The notes under the pieces were generated by a model. That model saw nothing but the letters and a program-made list of their open reading frames with translations, did no database searches and had not been told where the DNA came from. From the sequence record ON529851.1: a DNA stretch of 64,000 nucleotides; one strand, given 5' to 3'. Positions within the stretch are counted from its first letter, which is position 1. Every line of letters begins with the position of its first letter. This document shows positions 44,369 to 54,500 of the stretch, in pieces. A program made the position numbers and the translations under genes.

Positions 44369-46042
44369 TTACATCGCCGGGGCGTTGGGGGTCTGGTAGT
44401 ATTTGTCCTGGCCCGGCACGTCGGGTTCGCCCCGGAAGTTCAGGATGTTCGCGAACTTGTCCTTGCAGGTGGCGCGGGTCTTGTCGCAGCCGGGGTGGAT
44501 GACGAAACGGTCGCCGGCGCGGGGGATGTGGTAGGGGCGCTGGAACAGCGTCACGGAGGCGGCGGCGGACACCTTGATCTCCTGGGCGCGACCGGCGTTC
44601 AGGCCGGTCTCCCACATGATCAGGCCGCCGTCGTAATAGCCGACGGCGTCGCCCAGCGCCGAGGTCACGACCGTGCGGCCGCCGTCCGAGGTGCCGATCA
44701 CGGTCATCGACTTCTTGTAGGACTTGACCGCTTTCCAGGTGACGGCCCCGTCCTGAATAGTGTCCCCCAGGAGGTTCGACCAGGCGGGTTCATCGGCGCC
44801 AGAGACGCCCGAGGTGACGCACTGGAAGGCCACGTCGCCGTACTGGGACGACGACCCGAGCGTGCCGTTGGGGAAGTTGACCGCGAGCGTGACCGTGTCG
44901 AAAGCGGCGCCTTCGGAATAGCGGCTGCGCTTGTGCGCGAAGAGGTCGACCCGCAGGCGGCGGGTCCCCGCCGGGATCAGGACGTCGCGCACGATCTCCT
45001 GGAACCAGCGGTCTTCGGCCGTCTTTTTGAGACCCGTGTCGTAGATGGCCGAGGCCCCGATCTGGACGCCGGCGCCGTCCAGGGCGAAAACCCGGAACCG
45101 CGCCCCCGCTTCCTTGGGGTTGACGCAGGCGTACCAGACGGTGGCGAACAGGCGGCACAGGCCGGTGTCGAGTTGTTCCGCGTCGCCGCCTTGGGCGATC
45201 AGGTCGACATCCTGATACATGCCGATGTCCGCGACCGTGTGGCCGCCGCCATCGTTGTTGGTCAGGTCCGACACGGTCCAGCCGTCGTCGGTGCCGAAGG
45301 CTGCGTAGGAATCCTTGCCGCCGAGCCCGAAGAAGGGAGTCTGGCGGACGGTCCAACGCCCGCGCGCGTCGCCGTAGCTGGTCCAGCCTTCAATATCGCG
45401 AACCGTCACGGGCAGGGTGGCCGCGTCCTGGTCGAAGGACGGGTTTTGCAGCGACAGGTTCAGGTATCCGGTCGCCACATTGATGATGCCGCGCACGACG
45501 TCGCCTCGGCGATAGAAGCCGCCGGGACGCCAGTCGGCGGGGCTGATCGCCACGCGGCAGCGGCGATCGCCCAGGTCCGCACGGCACTCGGGCGCGTAGC
45601 CCTCGCCGATGCGGTAGGTATAGACCTGGGTCAGCCCACGCAGTTCGGCGATGAAGGTCGAATCCTCGTTCATCGTCACTTCGCCGAGCCAGCCCGTGCG
45701 CAGGGTCGTGGACCCCGAATCCGGCTCCATCCAGTTGACGATGAAGACGCGGACCTCGGCGAAATCAAACAGGCCGCTCGCCACGTCGGAGCGCGCGATG
45801 TGCTTGGAATTCAGGATGCCCCGAACCTCCATCTGGTCGACTTCCAGATCGAGGCCGGTGGTGATGGAGGTGCGGGCGAACGAGGAATAGGGGACGTATT
45901 CCGAAGAGCCGATCCGCAGGACCTGATCGTGGTCGGTGAACCGGAACGAGCGCCCGTCCTTGCGGATGATCTCCAGGCAGGTGCACAGCGTGGTGACGCC
46001 TTGGCGGATATGGCTCTTCAGGGCGGGAGTGAGGTCTTTCAT
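44369..46042 (-). CDS. Baseplate hub (DUF2163, GTA g13-like) with an inserted carbohydrate-binding-like module
   Basis: FRFTDHD, CRADLGDRRC, GCDKTRATC..KFANILNFRGEP. Confidence 0.9.
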   Translation of the reverse strand: MKDLTPALKSHIRQGVTTLCTCLEIIRKDGRSFRFTDHDQVLRIGSSEYVPYSSFARTSITTGLDLEVDQMEVRGILNSKHIARSDVASGLFDFAEVRVFIVNWMEPDSGSTTLRTGWLGEVTMNEDSTFIAELRGLTQVYTYRIGEGYAPECRADLGDRRCRVAISPADWRPGGFYRRGDVVRGIINVATGYLNLSLQNPSFDQDAATLPVTVRDIEGWTSYGDARGRWTVRQTPFFGLGGKDSYAAFGTDDGWTVSDLTNNDGGGHTVADIGMYQDVDLIAQGGDAEQLDTGLCRLFATVWYACVNPKEAGARFRVFALDGAGVQIGASAIYDTGLKKTAEDRWFQEIVRDVLIPAGTRRLRVDLFAHKRSRYSEGAAFDTVTLAVNFPNGTLGSSSQYGDVAFQCVTSGVSGADEPAWSNLLGDTIQDGAVTWKAVKSYKKSMTVIGTSDGGRTVVTSALGDAVGYYDGGLIMWETGLNAGRAQEIKVSAAASVTLFQRPYHIPRAGDRFVIHPGCDKTRATCKDKFANILNFRGEPDVPGQDKYYQTPNAPAM

Positions 46043-46045
46043 GGG

Positions 46046-46696
46046 TCAGCCCTGGAACAGGTCGTTCCAGTCGCGGACTTCGACCAGGGGGATCGAGGAC
46101 CAGGACTGGGTCAGCCAGAACTCGTGCGTCGAATCGAGGTGGTCGGTGTCGAAGCGCACCGGAACATGGAACTCGGCCGCGCCGATCATGATCGGCGCGG
46201 TGTTGAGCGGCGGGACGGCGAAGATGATCTTGCCGGTGTCGTGATCGATCGTGTAGTCGACGCCCTGCACTTGGACGGCCGCGCCCATCTTGACGCCGGC
46301 CACGGTGTTCCAGGCGATCTTGTAAAGCTTGCGCTGATAGACGTAGTTCTGCGCCGTCGCCGGGTTCTGGTCGTTGTAGGTCTTGATGATCTGGAACTCG
46401 GTCTGCACGCCGTCGCCCAGCGCGATGACCTGCTGCTTCAGGCGAAAATCGTTGTAGTCCTTGAAGCGGAATCCGAAGGCGCGGCCGCGCCGGGCGTAGA
46501 AGAACGCCGTCAGTTCGTCCATCTGCTCCTGGCTCTTGATGCCGTGGCTGACGTCGTACTCGGCGCGCGTCATCGACCAATCGATGTTGCGCTGCTCGTA
46601 GCCGGAGTCAGCGGTGAAGATCGTCGTCTTGAATTTCGGGCCGCCCGACGAGCCGTAGGAAATCTCCGTCGGGAAAAGCACCTCGTGAAAGGCCAT
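46046..46696 (-). CDS. Distal tail protein (DUF2460, GTA g12-like), short copy
   Basis: FHEVLFP.EISYGSSGGP.F.T, FFYARRGRAFGFRFKD, EFHVPVRFDTD. Confidence 0.92.
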   Translation of the reverse strand: MAFHEVLFPTEISYGSSGGPKFKTTIFTADSGYEQRNIDWSMTRAEYDVSHGIKSQEQMDELTAFFYARRGRAFGFRFKDYNDFRLKQQVIALGDGVQTEFQIIKTYNDQNPATAQNYVYQRKLYKIAWNTVAGVKMGAAVQVQGVDYTIDHDTGKIIFAVPPLNTAPIMIGAAEFHVPVRFDTDHLDSTHEFWLTQSWSSIPLVEVRDWNDLFQG

Positions 46697-46698
46697 GG

Positions 46699-48486
46699 TT
46701 AGTCCAACTCCAGTTCGGACCAATCCCGCACTTCGACGAGGGGGATGGAGTCCCAGGACCGATAGGTCCAAAAATCATGCTTCATGTTGAGGTGATCGGT
46801 GTCGAAGCGGACCCCGATGTGGAACTCGGCGCTGTCCAGGGTCAGCACTTCCGGCGCGGTGTACGCGACGCCCTCGAAGTCCGTGGAATAGACGGAGGGC
46901 GGGTCGATGGTCGGGATGCCGCCGAACGCTGCGACGTATTTGCGGCCGGGGTCGTAGACCTGATATTCGCCGCCCGATTCTGGCGTCCGGCGCGACACCA
47001 GGACCCCGGTCTCGGTGTTGATGCTCCACAGGCGATTGCCGAACGGCGTGCCGACGCCCCGCACCCAGCAGAGTTCGCCGTTCAGGACCGTCTGGCCGTT
47101 GGTCAGGGCGCGGAACGGCGTCAGCGACGGCGGCATGCGGCGGGTCCAGGCCCATTTCCCCTCTTCCGGCAGGAATAGGCCGCACCAGTAGTCGTAGCTG
47201 AACGAGGAGTTGTTGATCCCCTCCTCGCCGTTCCAGAAAATCAGAAGCCCTTCGGTCTTCTTGTCGTAATAGACCGCGTCGGGACGCGCCGTGCTCGCGC
47301 CCCACTCGACGGCGGTCCAGACCGTGCCGCCAAACCAGATCGACAGACCGCAGCCGTTCCCCGGCGAGGTGTCCGGCCGCTCATGAACGAAGGCGAAACC
47401 GTTGGTCTTGTAGGGGCAGGCGGCGATATACCGCGCGTTGATGGACAAGCCGCCATACTGCCCCAGGCGCGCCACCCGTTGCAGGGTTTCGGTGGAATAG
47501 ACGTCCACATACCCGAAGGTGTCGCCGTTCAGCAGGTACTGCTCGTTCATGGATACGGCGCCGGGCGCGATCGGCTCCTGGATCACGGGATTCCATACGG
47601 TTCCGGGCGCGCCCTGGGCGACGAACTGCATCGTACGTCCGTCGATTTTCGCGATGGTGTTCGCCATCGTCAGGTAGACCATACCGGCCGGACTGACGGC
47701 GACGATGTGGTTGAAGGGCGCCCCGCCTGGAATCTGCATCGTCAGATGCGTCGCCTGAGCGTCTTCCTTGGCGGTGGGAAGGTGGAAGCGCCGCAGGACG
47801 AAATAGCCCAGTCCCGTCCCAGCCCAACCTCGGGCAAAGGCGTGCCCGGACTCCGAGGCGTAGAACAGGACCGGCCGCGTCACTGACCCGCTGCCGTAGC
47901 TGTTCCCGAGGAGCGCGCCCGGATCAAGCGGCGGCTGGAAGGTCACCCGCTGGTAGGGCGCCGTCGCCGCGTAACGGCCGCCCCACATCGGCGTGTTCAA
48001 GGACAGCTTGCCGGTGTTGTAGTCCAGCTTGTAGTGACGCGACGCCGAGATCGACTTCGTCAGGGTCGAACCGTCGATCTGAACGCCTTTCTCGGAGTTC
48101 CACTCGACCTTCTCGATCCGACGCGTGGTGAGGAACGTCTGTCCCGTCGCCGACGTGTTCCGGTATTCCTTGTGAAGCGGGTAGGTGTGCGTGGCGTAGT
48201 CGCCCTGACCCAGGGTGACGTTTTCCAGGCGGTAGTCGTTGAAATCCTTGAACCGGAACCCGAAGGCGCGGCCGCGCCGGTTCATGAAGAAGGTCGTCAG
48301 GGCCTCCGCCTGATCCTGCGACTTGACGCCGTGACTGACGTCATATTCCGCACGCGTTTCAGGCCAGTGGTCGACCCGCGCCTCGAAACCGGAGTCCGCC
48401 TCCCAGACCGAAGTCTTGAACTTCGGTCCGCCCGACGATCCATAGGAGATGTCAGGCGGGAAGAGGACGTCGTGAAAATCGGACAT
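46699..48486 (-). CDS. DUF2460 distal tail protein, long copy with a ~380-aa insertion
   Basis: Same N- and C-terminal motifs as the short copy (FHDVLFP..ISYGSSGGP; EFHIGVRFDTD) flanking a large insert. Confidence 0.9.
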   Translation of the reverse strand: MSDFHDVLFPPDISYGSSGGPKFKTSVWEADSGFEARVDHWPETRAEYDVSHGVKSQDQAEALTTFFMNRRGRAFGFRFKDFNDYRLENVTLGQGDYATHTYPLHKEYRNTSATGQTFLTTRRIEKVEWNSEKGVQIDGSTLTKSISASRHYKLDYNTGKLSLNTPMWGGRYAATAPYQRVTFQPPLDPGALLGNSYGSGSVTRPVLFYASESGHAFARGWAGTGLGYFVLRRFHLPTAKEDAQATHLTMQIPGGAPFNHIVAVSPAGMVYLTMANTIAKIDGRTMQFVAQGAPGTVWNPVIQEPIAPGAVSMNEQYLLNGDTFGYVDVYSTETLQRVARLGQYGGLSINARYIAACPYKTNGFAFVHERPDTSPGNGCGLSIWFGGTVWTAVEWGASTARPDAVYYDKKTEGLLIFWNGEEGINNSSFSYDYWCGLFLPEEGKWAWTRRMPPSLTPFRALTNGQTVLNGELCWVRGVGTPFGNRLWSINTETGVLVSRRTPESGGEYQVYDPGRKYVAAFGGIPTIDPPSVYSTDFEGVAYTAPEVLTLDSAEFHIGVRFDTDHLNMKHDFWTYRSWDSIPLVEVRDWSELELD

Positions 48487-48588
48487 GGTGGGGGTGCGGC
48501 TCGGGAGAGAACAGCCTTGATGCCACGTCAGGCCCCGTTCGTCAAGATTTACGGCAGTGGGCGCCGTGATTCACGGCGCCCTTTACAC

Positions 48589-51500
48589 TTAACTCAGGTT
48601 GCGGGTCGAAGCGCGCTTGAGGTCCCGGTTCTGCTGGCGCTGGATCGAGCCCTGCGACTTGCGGAACGCGTCCGGGTTGGGCGCAATGACCGTGATGTTC
48701 GACGTCACGTTGGCGCCGCCGCCCGTCTGGACGTTGCCCATGTCGACAGGGACCGAGCGCCCGTTCGGCAGGGGAATGATGGCTTCATTCGGGTGAACGA
48801 TCGCCGGCATGCCGCCGTTCGAGGTGTTGGCGGTGCCGACGTCGTAGTGCGGCGCCTTGCCCCAGTCCATGCCGGCGTTGGTGACGTAGCCGCCGTCGGC
48901 GAACTGCTTCATCACGCCGGACGCCATTTCCATGTAGGTCCCCACCTTACCCCAGGTGCCGCCGGTCAGCATGTTGGCCCCGAAGTTGATCACATCCGCG
49001 ATCGGGTTGGAATGAGCGGCGATCGCGGTGGCGTCGACCGTCACGCCGCGATGTTCGCCGATGACGCCCTTGACGGCCTCGGGGTCCTTCTCAGGCGTCT
49101 TCTTCTTCTTGAAAAGGTCCGCCAGGGTGCTGATCAGGGCAGCCCCCTGCATGAAGCCAGCGCCCCGTTCTTCCATGGTCCGACCCTTGCCGAACATTTC
49201 ACCCACGAACGACAGCGGGCTGTCCGCCTTGCCGTTCTTGCCCCGGCCGAAGACGTTCGACATGGTCGGCATGGTGAACTTGCCGCCGCCGGCGAAGCCG
49301 GGCAGGCCGTCGACCAGGCCGCCGTTGGCGTAGGCCTTGCCGTTGTTGATCGCTTCCAGGAGGGCGCGGTTCTGCGACGTCGCGGCCGCGTTGATGACGA
49401 ACTCGCCGTTGGACAGGCGGGCGTTGATGTCATCCGAGCGCGGGCCGCCGCGACCCGAGACATAGCCGCCGTCAGCATAGAGACCGGTCAGGTCAGGCGC
49501 GAACGACTTACCTTCGAAAGTGAAGCCTGAGGTGGCGTCGCCGCCGCCGAGGCCTGGGATCGAAGGCATGCCTCCGCCGGAGCCGCCGGAGCCAGCGAGC
49601 GCGGCAGCCGCCTCCGTGAGCGCGACCGTCGCCTGGTTGAATTGCTCGATCGCCATTTGGAACTGGGCGATCACCCCGTTGAACCCACCGGACACGCTCA
49701 TCAGGGCGCCCGCAGCGGACTGCAAGGCCTGGCCGGAGGCATCTGCGCCCGAGCCTGCCGACAGGGCGTCCGCCGCCAGAGCGACAGGACCGGGCGCCGG
49801 CGCCGTCGCCGCCGCGCCCGCCGTGTTGAAGCGCGAGGTGCGCTCCGAAGTCGGGGAGGCTTCGCCGCCGAACAGGTTCAGCGCCTTACGGAAGATGGAC
49901 GTGGTGTCGCGGTTGCGGCCGACATTGTCAGGCGCGGCAGGCAGCGTGCTCTGCACCGTGGGGGCGGTCATCAGGCGACCCAACGACGGCAGCGGCGACA
50001 GACTGACCGACGCCATCGGGTCCATGACTTCGCCGCCGAGCGACGGCGCCTTCAGGCCGAGCGTCGTCATCGTGCGGTCCATCAGGCCCTGGACGTAATC
50101 CAGGGGTCCGGCCGGCGCAGGCGCCGCAGCGGCCGCCGCCGGGGACTTCAGTTGACCCGGTTGGATGGTGCCGTTGCGCACGCCGGCGGCGGTCGTCAGC
50201 GTGCTCTCGCTGGTCGACTTGAGGATGCGCGAGATCGCGCCGTCGGGGTCGAAGTAGGCCGCGATGGTCGTCAGGGCGTTCGCGGCGTCGGTCAAGGCCT
50301 TGACCTCGGCGTTGACCGCTTCCTGCTGGTTCTTCTGGGCGTCGAGCAGCGCTTGCTGGGCCGCCAGGTCCGACTGTGCGTCTGCCTTGGTCTTGTCGAT
50401 CATCGCCACGGCGGCGTTATACTGAGCGGTGGCCGCCTCCAGCCCGGCTTGCGCCTCCGAGCCCGGCTTCTTGACGCCCATGACGCCAAGCAAGCCGCTG
50501 AGCGCGTCATCCACCGTCGCCTTCACGATCTGACGGCGGATGTTCTTGAACATCGCCTGCCAATCGACGTCTTCGCCCATCAATTCATCGGTGATGCCGT
50601 CGGAGAGGCCTTCCATGAAGGCGCCCTTGATGCTTTCCATGCGCTGGGCGAACGGCTCCAGGCCGTCGACCCAGGCCGCGAAGCCGGGCGGGTTCTCGAT
50701 GGTGTGGCGGGCTTCAGCCAGAGTCTTCGCCAGCTTAGCCATGACCGGCTCAGCCGCTTCAAGCTGCGCCAGGGTCGCGTTCGGCATGTTCGTCAGATCG
50801 CGCAGGATGTCGCGATAGGAGGCGCGGTATCCTCGCATCGTCTTATCCGTCGCAGAATCGATGCCGTCGCTCAGACCAACGATGATCGAGCGCAGGGTCT
50901 CGGCCTGATCCGACATGGCCTGAACGTCGGCCGTGCGGGACAGGGCCGTCATCAGGGCCGGGTTGGCCTCGACCTGGGCGCGCTTCTGATCGAAGGTGCC
51001 GCCCTGAACCGACTGGTTGATCAGGTCGTTCAGATAGGTGTCGCGGTTGGACACGGCGCCGCTGACCTTGCCTACGCGCATCTGCGCTTCGTTCAAGGTG
51101 TCCATCAGGCGCACCTGGGCTTCCAGAGCCTTGGTGCGGTCCCGTTCCATTTCCCATTGCTGGCGGGCCGTGTTCAGGCTCTCGACCTGGATGTCCTTGC
51201 CGGTCAAGCGCAGGCCGTTGACGTGTTCCGCCCACTTGGCCTCGTCCTGCATCAACTCGATCGGGTAGCCTTGCTCCTTCAGTTCGTTGATGCGGTCCTG
51301 CCACTCGGCCTCCTTGCCCATGCCGCGCAGCGTCATGAGGGTCAGGTCGTTGGTTTCGCGCGCCAGCCGGTTCGCCTTGGCGACCGGGTTCATGGCGTCT
51401 TGCAGTTGCTTGGCCTGACGAGCGATGGCGTCGGCGATCTGGTCGCGGATCGGCGACGTGACCAGGGCGGCGTCTGGTCCGTTTTCCTTACGCAGGTCTT

Positions 51501-54500
51501 CATCGGCCTTGGCGATGTCGTTCAGCTTCTCCAACATGGCGTCGAAGGTCGCGTTCGCCTGAGACGCCGGGTCCGGCAAGGCGAGGATGGATTGCATCGC
51601 CTTCCAGGTGTTGAGGTGCTTGTTCTGCGCCTTCTCAATGTCGTCGGACGCCGCTGCGGCCACGCCCGTGACATCAGACGTATCGAACCCTTGGCCGCGT
51701 TGACCGACCTTGCCCTGGCCCCAGTTGTAGAGGTCCTGGAGCGTCGCGGTGCCGTTCTTGAAGACCGGATTCTTGTTGTATTGGTCCTGGTTTCCGACGC
51801 GGGCTTGGGCCACGGTCTGCGTGGGGTCCTCAGCATACTTCGTCAGCATGTTCTTGGCGCCAGACGTGCCGAGGAAGTGGGCCAGATACTGCTCGCCGGC
51901 GTTGGCGTCGCGCTTCAGGACGTCGCGCAGCGCCGCCTGATTTTCCGCCATATAACGCGCGGTGGCTTCCATGTTCAGGTTAGCGTCGCGGCGGGGATCG
52001 GCGGCGCCCATCGTGCGGCTGGTCACTTGCGGACCATCCTTCATGACGCGGTTCCACGTCCCGAGGGTGAACTGGCCGAGGCCGACGGCGTCGCCGCCCG
52101 TGCCCGCGATGTTCTTGTCCCAAGAACTCTCAGCCTGGATCAGGCGCGCCATGACCGCCGGGTCGACGCCGTTCTTAGTTGCCGATGCGTTCATCGCCGC
52201 GCGATACTGCGTGGGCACGTTCACGCCGCCCAGGGAGGCGCGTTGCGCCGCGTATTCCTGGGTTTTGGCGACGGTTTGCGAGGCGGTGAAGGCGGCGTAA
52301 TCGCGGTTCCAGGCCGCACGCGTCTCTTGATTCAGCGGCGTCGAGGACTGCGGCGCGATCATGTTGGTCGCCAGGCCCAGAGCCGGGTTCAGAGCACCCG
52401 CGACGCGAAGGCCTCCACGCACCAGCGGGTTCTGCAACAGGGCGTTGGCCGAACCCGGTCGAGCGGGCGCGGGCACACCAGGCGCCTGGGTGCGAGTGCC
52501 GAAAGTCGGCGCCAGGGCGTTCGGTCCGGCCGCCTGGTAGTGATCGAAGATCGCCTTGGCGAGGTCTTCTTGCGAACCCGCCGTCAGGCGCTTGCCGCCG
52601 ATAACCTGCGTATAGGTTTGGCGCGAGCCGGCGGCGGCCGCCGTCGGTGCTGCGGCCGGGGCCGTCGAAGCCGTTGCGGCGCGCGCCGTTTCAATGTTGC
52701 GGGCGGTGCGTTGTTCAGCCGTCAGCGACGGGTTGGCCTTGTCGAAAGAGCCGTCCGCCAGGGCGTTGATGCGCTCCATGACCGAGTTCACGGTCGGGAC
52801 CTTGAAGTTGTCCTTAAGCTTGTTGGCGGCTTCCAGTTGCATGTTGGCCGCGCGCAGTTGGTCGTCCGCCGCCTTCTGGGCCTGAAGTTGGCGCGTGGCT
52901 TCGCGCAGGCGCTCCTCAGCCGCCTCATTGCCGCGCTCGCTTTCGCGGCGCTTGTTCGCAGCGGTCAGGGTCGCGGTGATGCCGTCCGTCATCCGCTTCT
53001 GGATCGAATCCGGACCGTTGTCCGCCCAGTCCTTGGACATGGCGCCCATTTCGGCCTTGGCGCCGGCGACGTCGCCCGTGGCGACCTTGTAGGCCGCCAC
53101 GCCCAGGTGGACGAGCACGCCGATGGTGTCGCCGAGGACTTCTCCCAGATAGGAGAGCAGAACGGTCGTGGTCTGGAACGCCATGCCCATGGCGTCCAGG
53201 GATTCTTGCGGCCCCTTCGTGCCCAGCATCCGGCCGAACAGGTCCTGGAACCAGGTGCCGATCTTATCGCTGACGCCCGACAACCAGCCCATCATGATGT
53301 CGCCGAACTTGACGGTGTTGTTGCCCAGCTTGGTCGTCTTGTCCGACAGGATCGTCAGGGCGGCACCCACGCCGACGGCGGCGATGCCGAGCGCGCCGAA
53401 CGTGACGCCCAGAGCCATCGCCCCCGACTTGAGCGCGCCCATGGCGACCGAAGGCGCGGCGCGGGCGGCGGTCATCGCGCCGGCGCCCAGGGTGGACATG
53501 AGCGGCGTGCGCGCGGTCTGGGTCGCCAGACCGGCGTTGCGCATCGACAGCACTTCAGCGGTCGCGCCCATAGGACGCTGGATGTTGGAGAAACGGGCGC
53601 GGCGGCCGAAGCCGCTCATCGGCGGTACAGGGGGAGCCGCGTTCATCTGCGCCAGGCGACCCGCACCCGGTGCGTGGCCGCGCGCGTTGCGCCAGTTCTG
53701 GATGTCGACCATGGTGGCGCCGCTCAGGGCCGCGTCGGCGGCGAGTGCGGGTCCGTTGACCTTGATCCGGCCGCGCGCAGCCGGAATCAGGTCCCCGGCG
53801 ATGTCGGAACCCTCGACCGCCTTCTTGGCGATCGCAAGACCGGTGATCGCCTTGGTCAGTTGCGTGATCGAGCCCACCGCCGTCATGGCGGACTGGCCCC
53901 AGGACAGGAAGGTCTTGGCGACGAACATGGTCGCCAGCGCCTTGCCGGCGAACAGGACCTTGTCGAAGTTCTCGGCCAGCCAGGCTGCGGCGTCGGCCGC
54001 CTTGCGAACCATCGCCGCCAGGTTCTGACCCAGTTGCTGGGCGAGGGCCTGGAACTTCGGCTTCAGTTTGAAGATGCCGTTCTCGGTGGTGCCGAACATC
54101 TCGGCCAGACGGCTGAACTGGACGCCGAGTTCAGCAATGAAGCCGGACTTGCCGATCTCTTGCTGGAAGACCGTGAAGGCCGTCTTCAGTCGGTTCAGTG
54201 CAACGTCGGGACGATCTTTGACCAGTCCCATCAGGCCGCCGAACATGGTGTTCAGTTCTTCAGCCCAAAGCTTAGTGAACTCGGGCGACATGATCTTGCC
54301 CAGGCTCATTTCCTTGAAGAACTGAGCAGTCGACACTGCTTCACCCTTCATGCGCTGCAACGCGCGTCGACCTGCTTCAGCGTTACCGGGGATTTGCTCG
54401 CCGATCTGGCGCGAAAACTCTTCGGAGGAGACTTTTCCTTTTTGAATCATCTGCGTAAGCCCGTACATGGCATACCCAGTTTGCTCAGCGGAGGCGCCGA

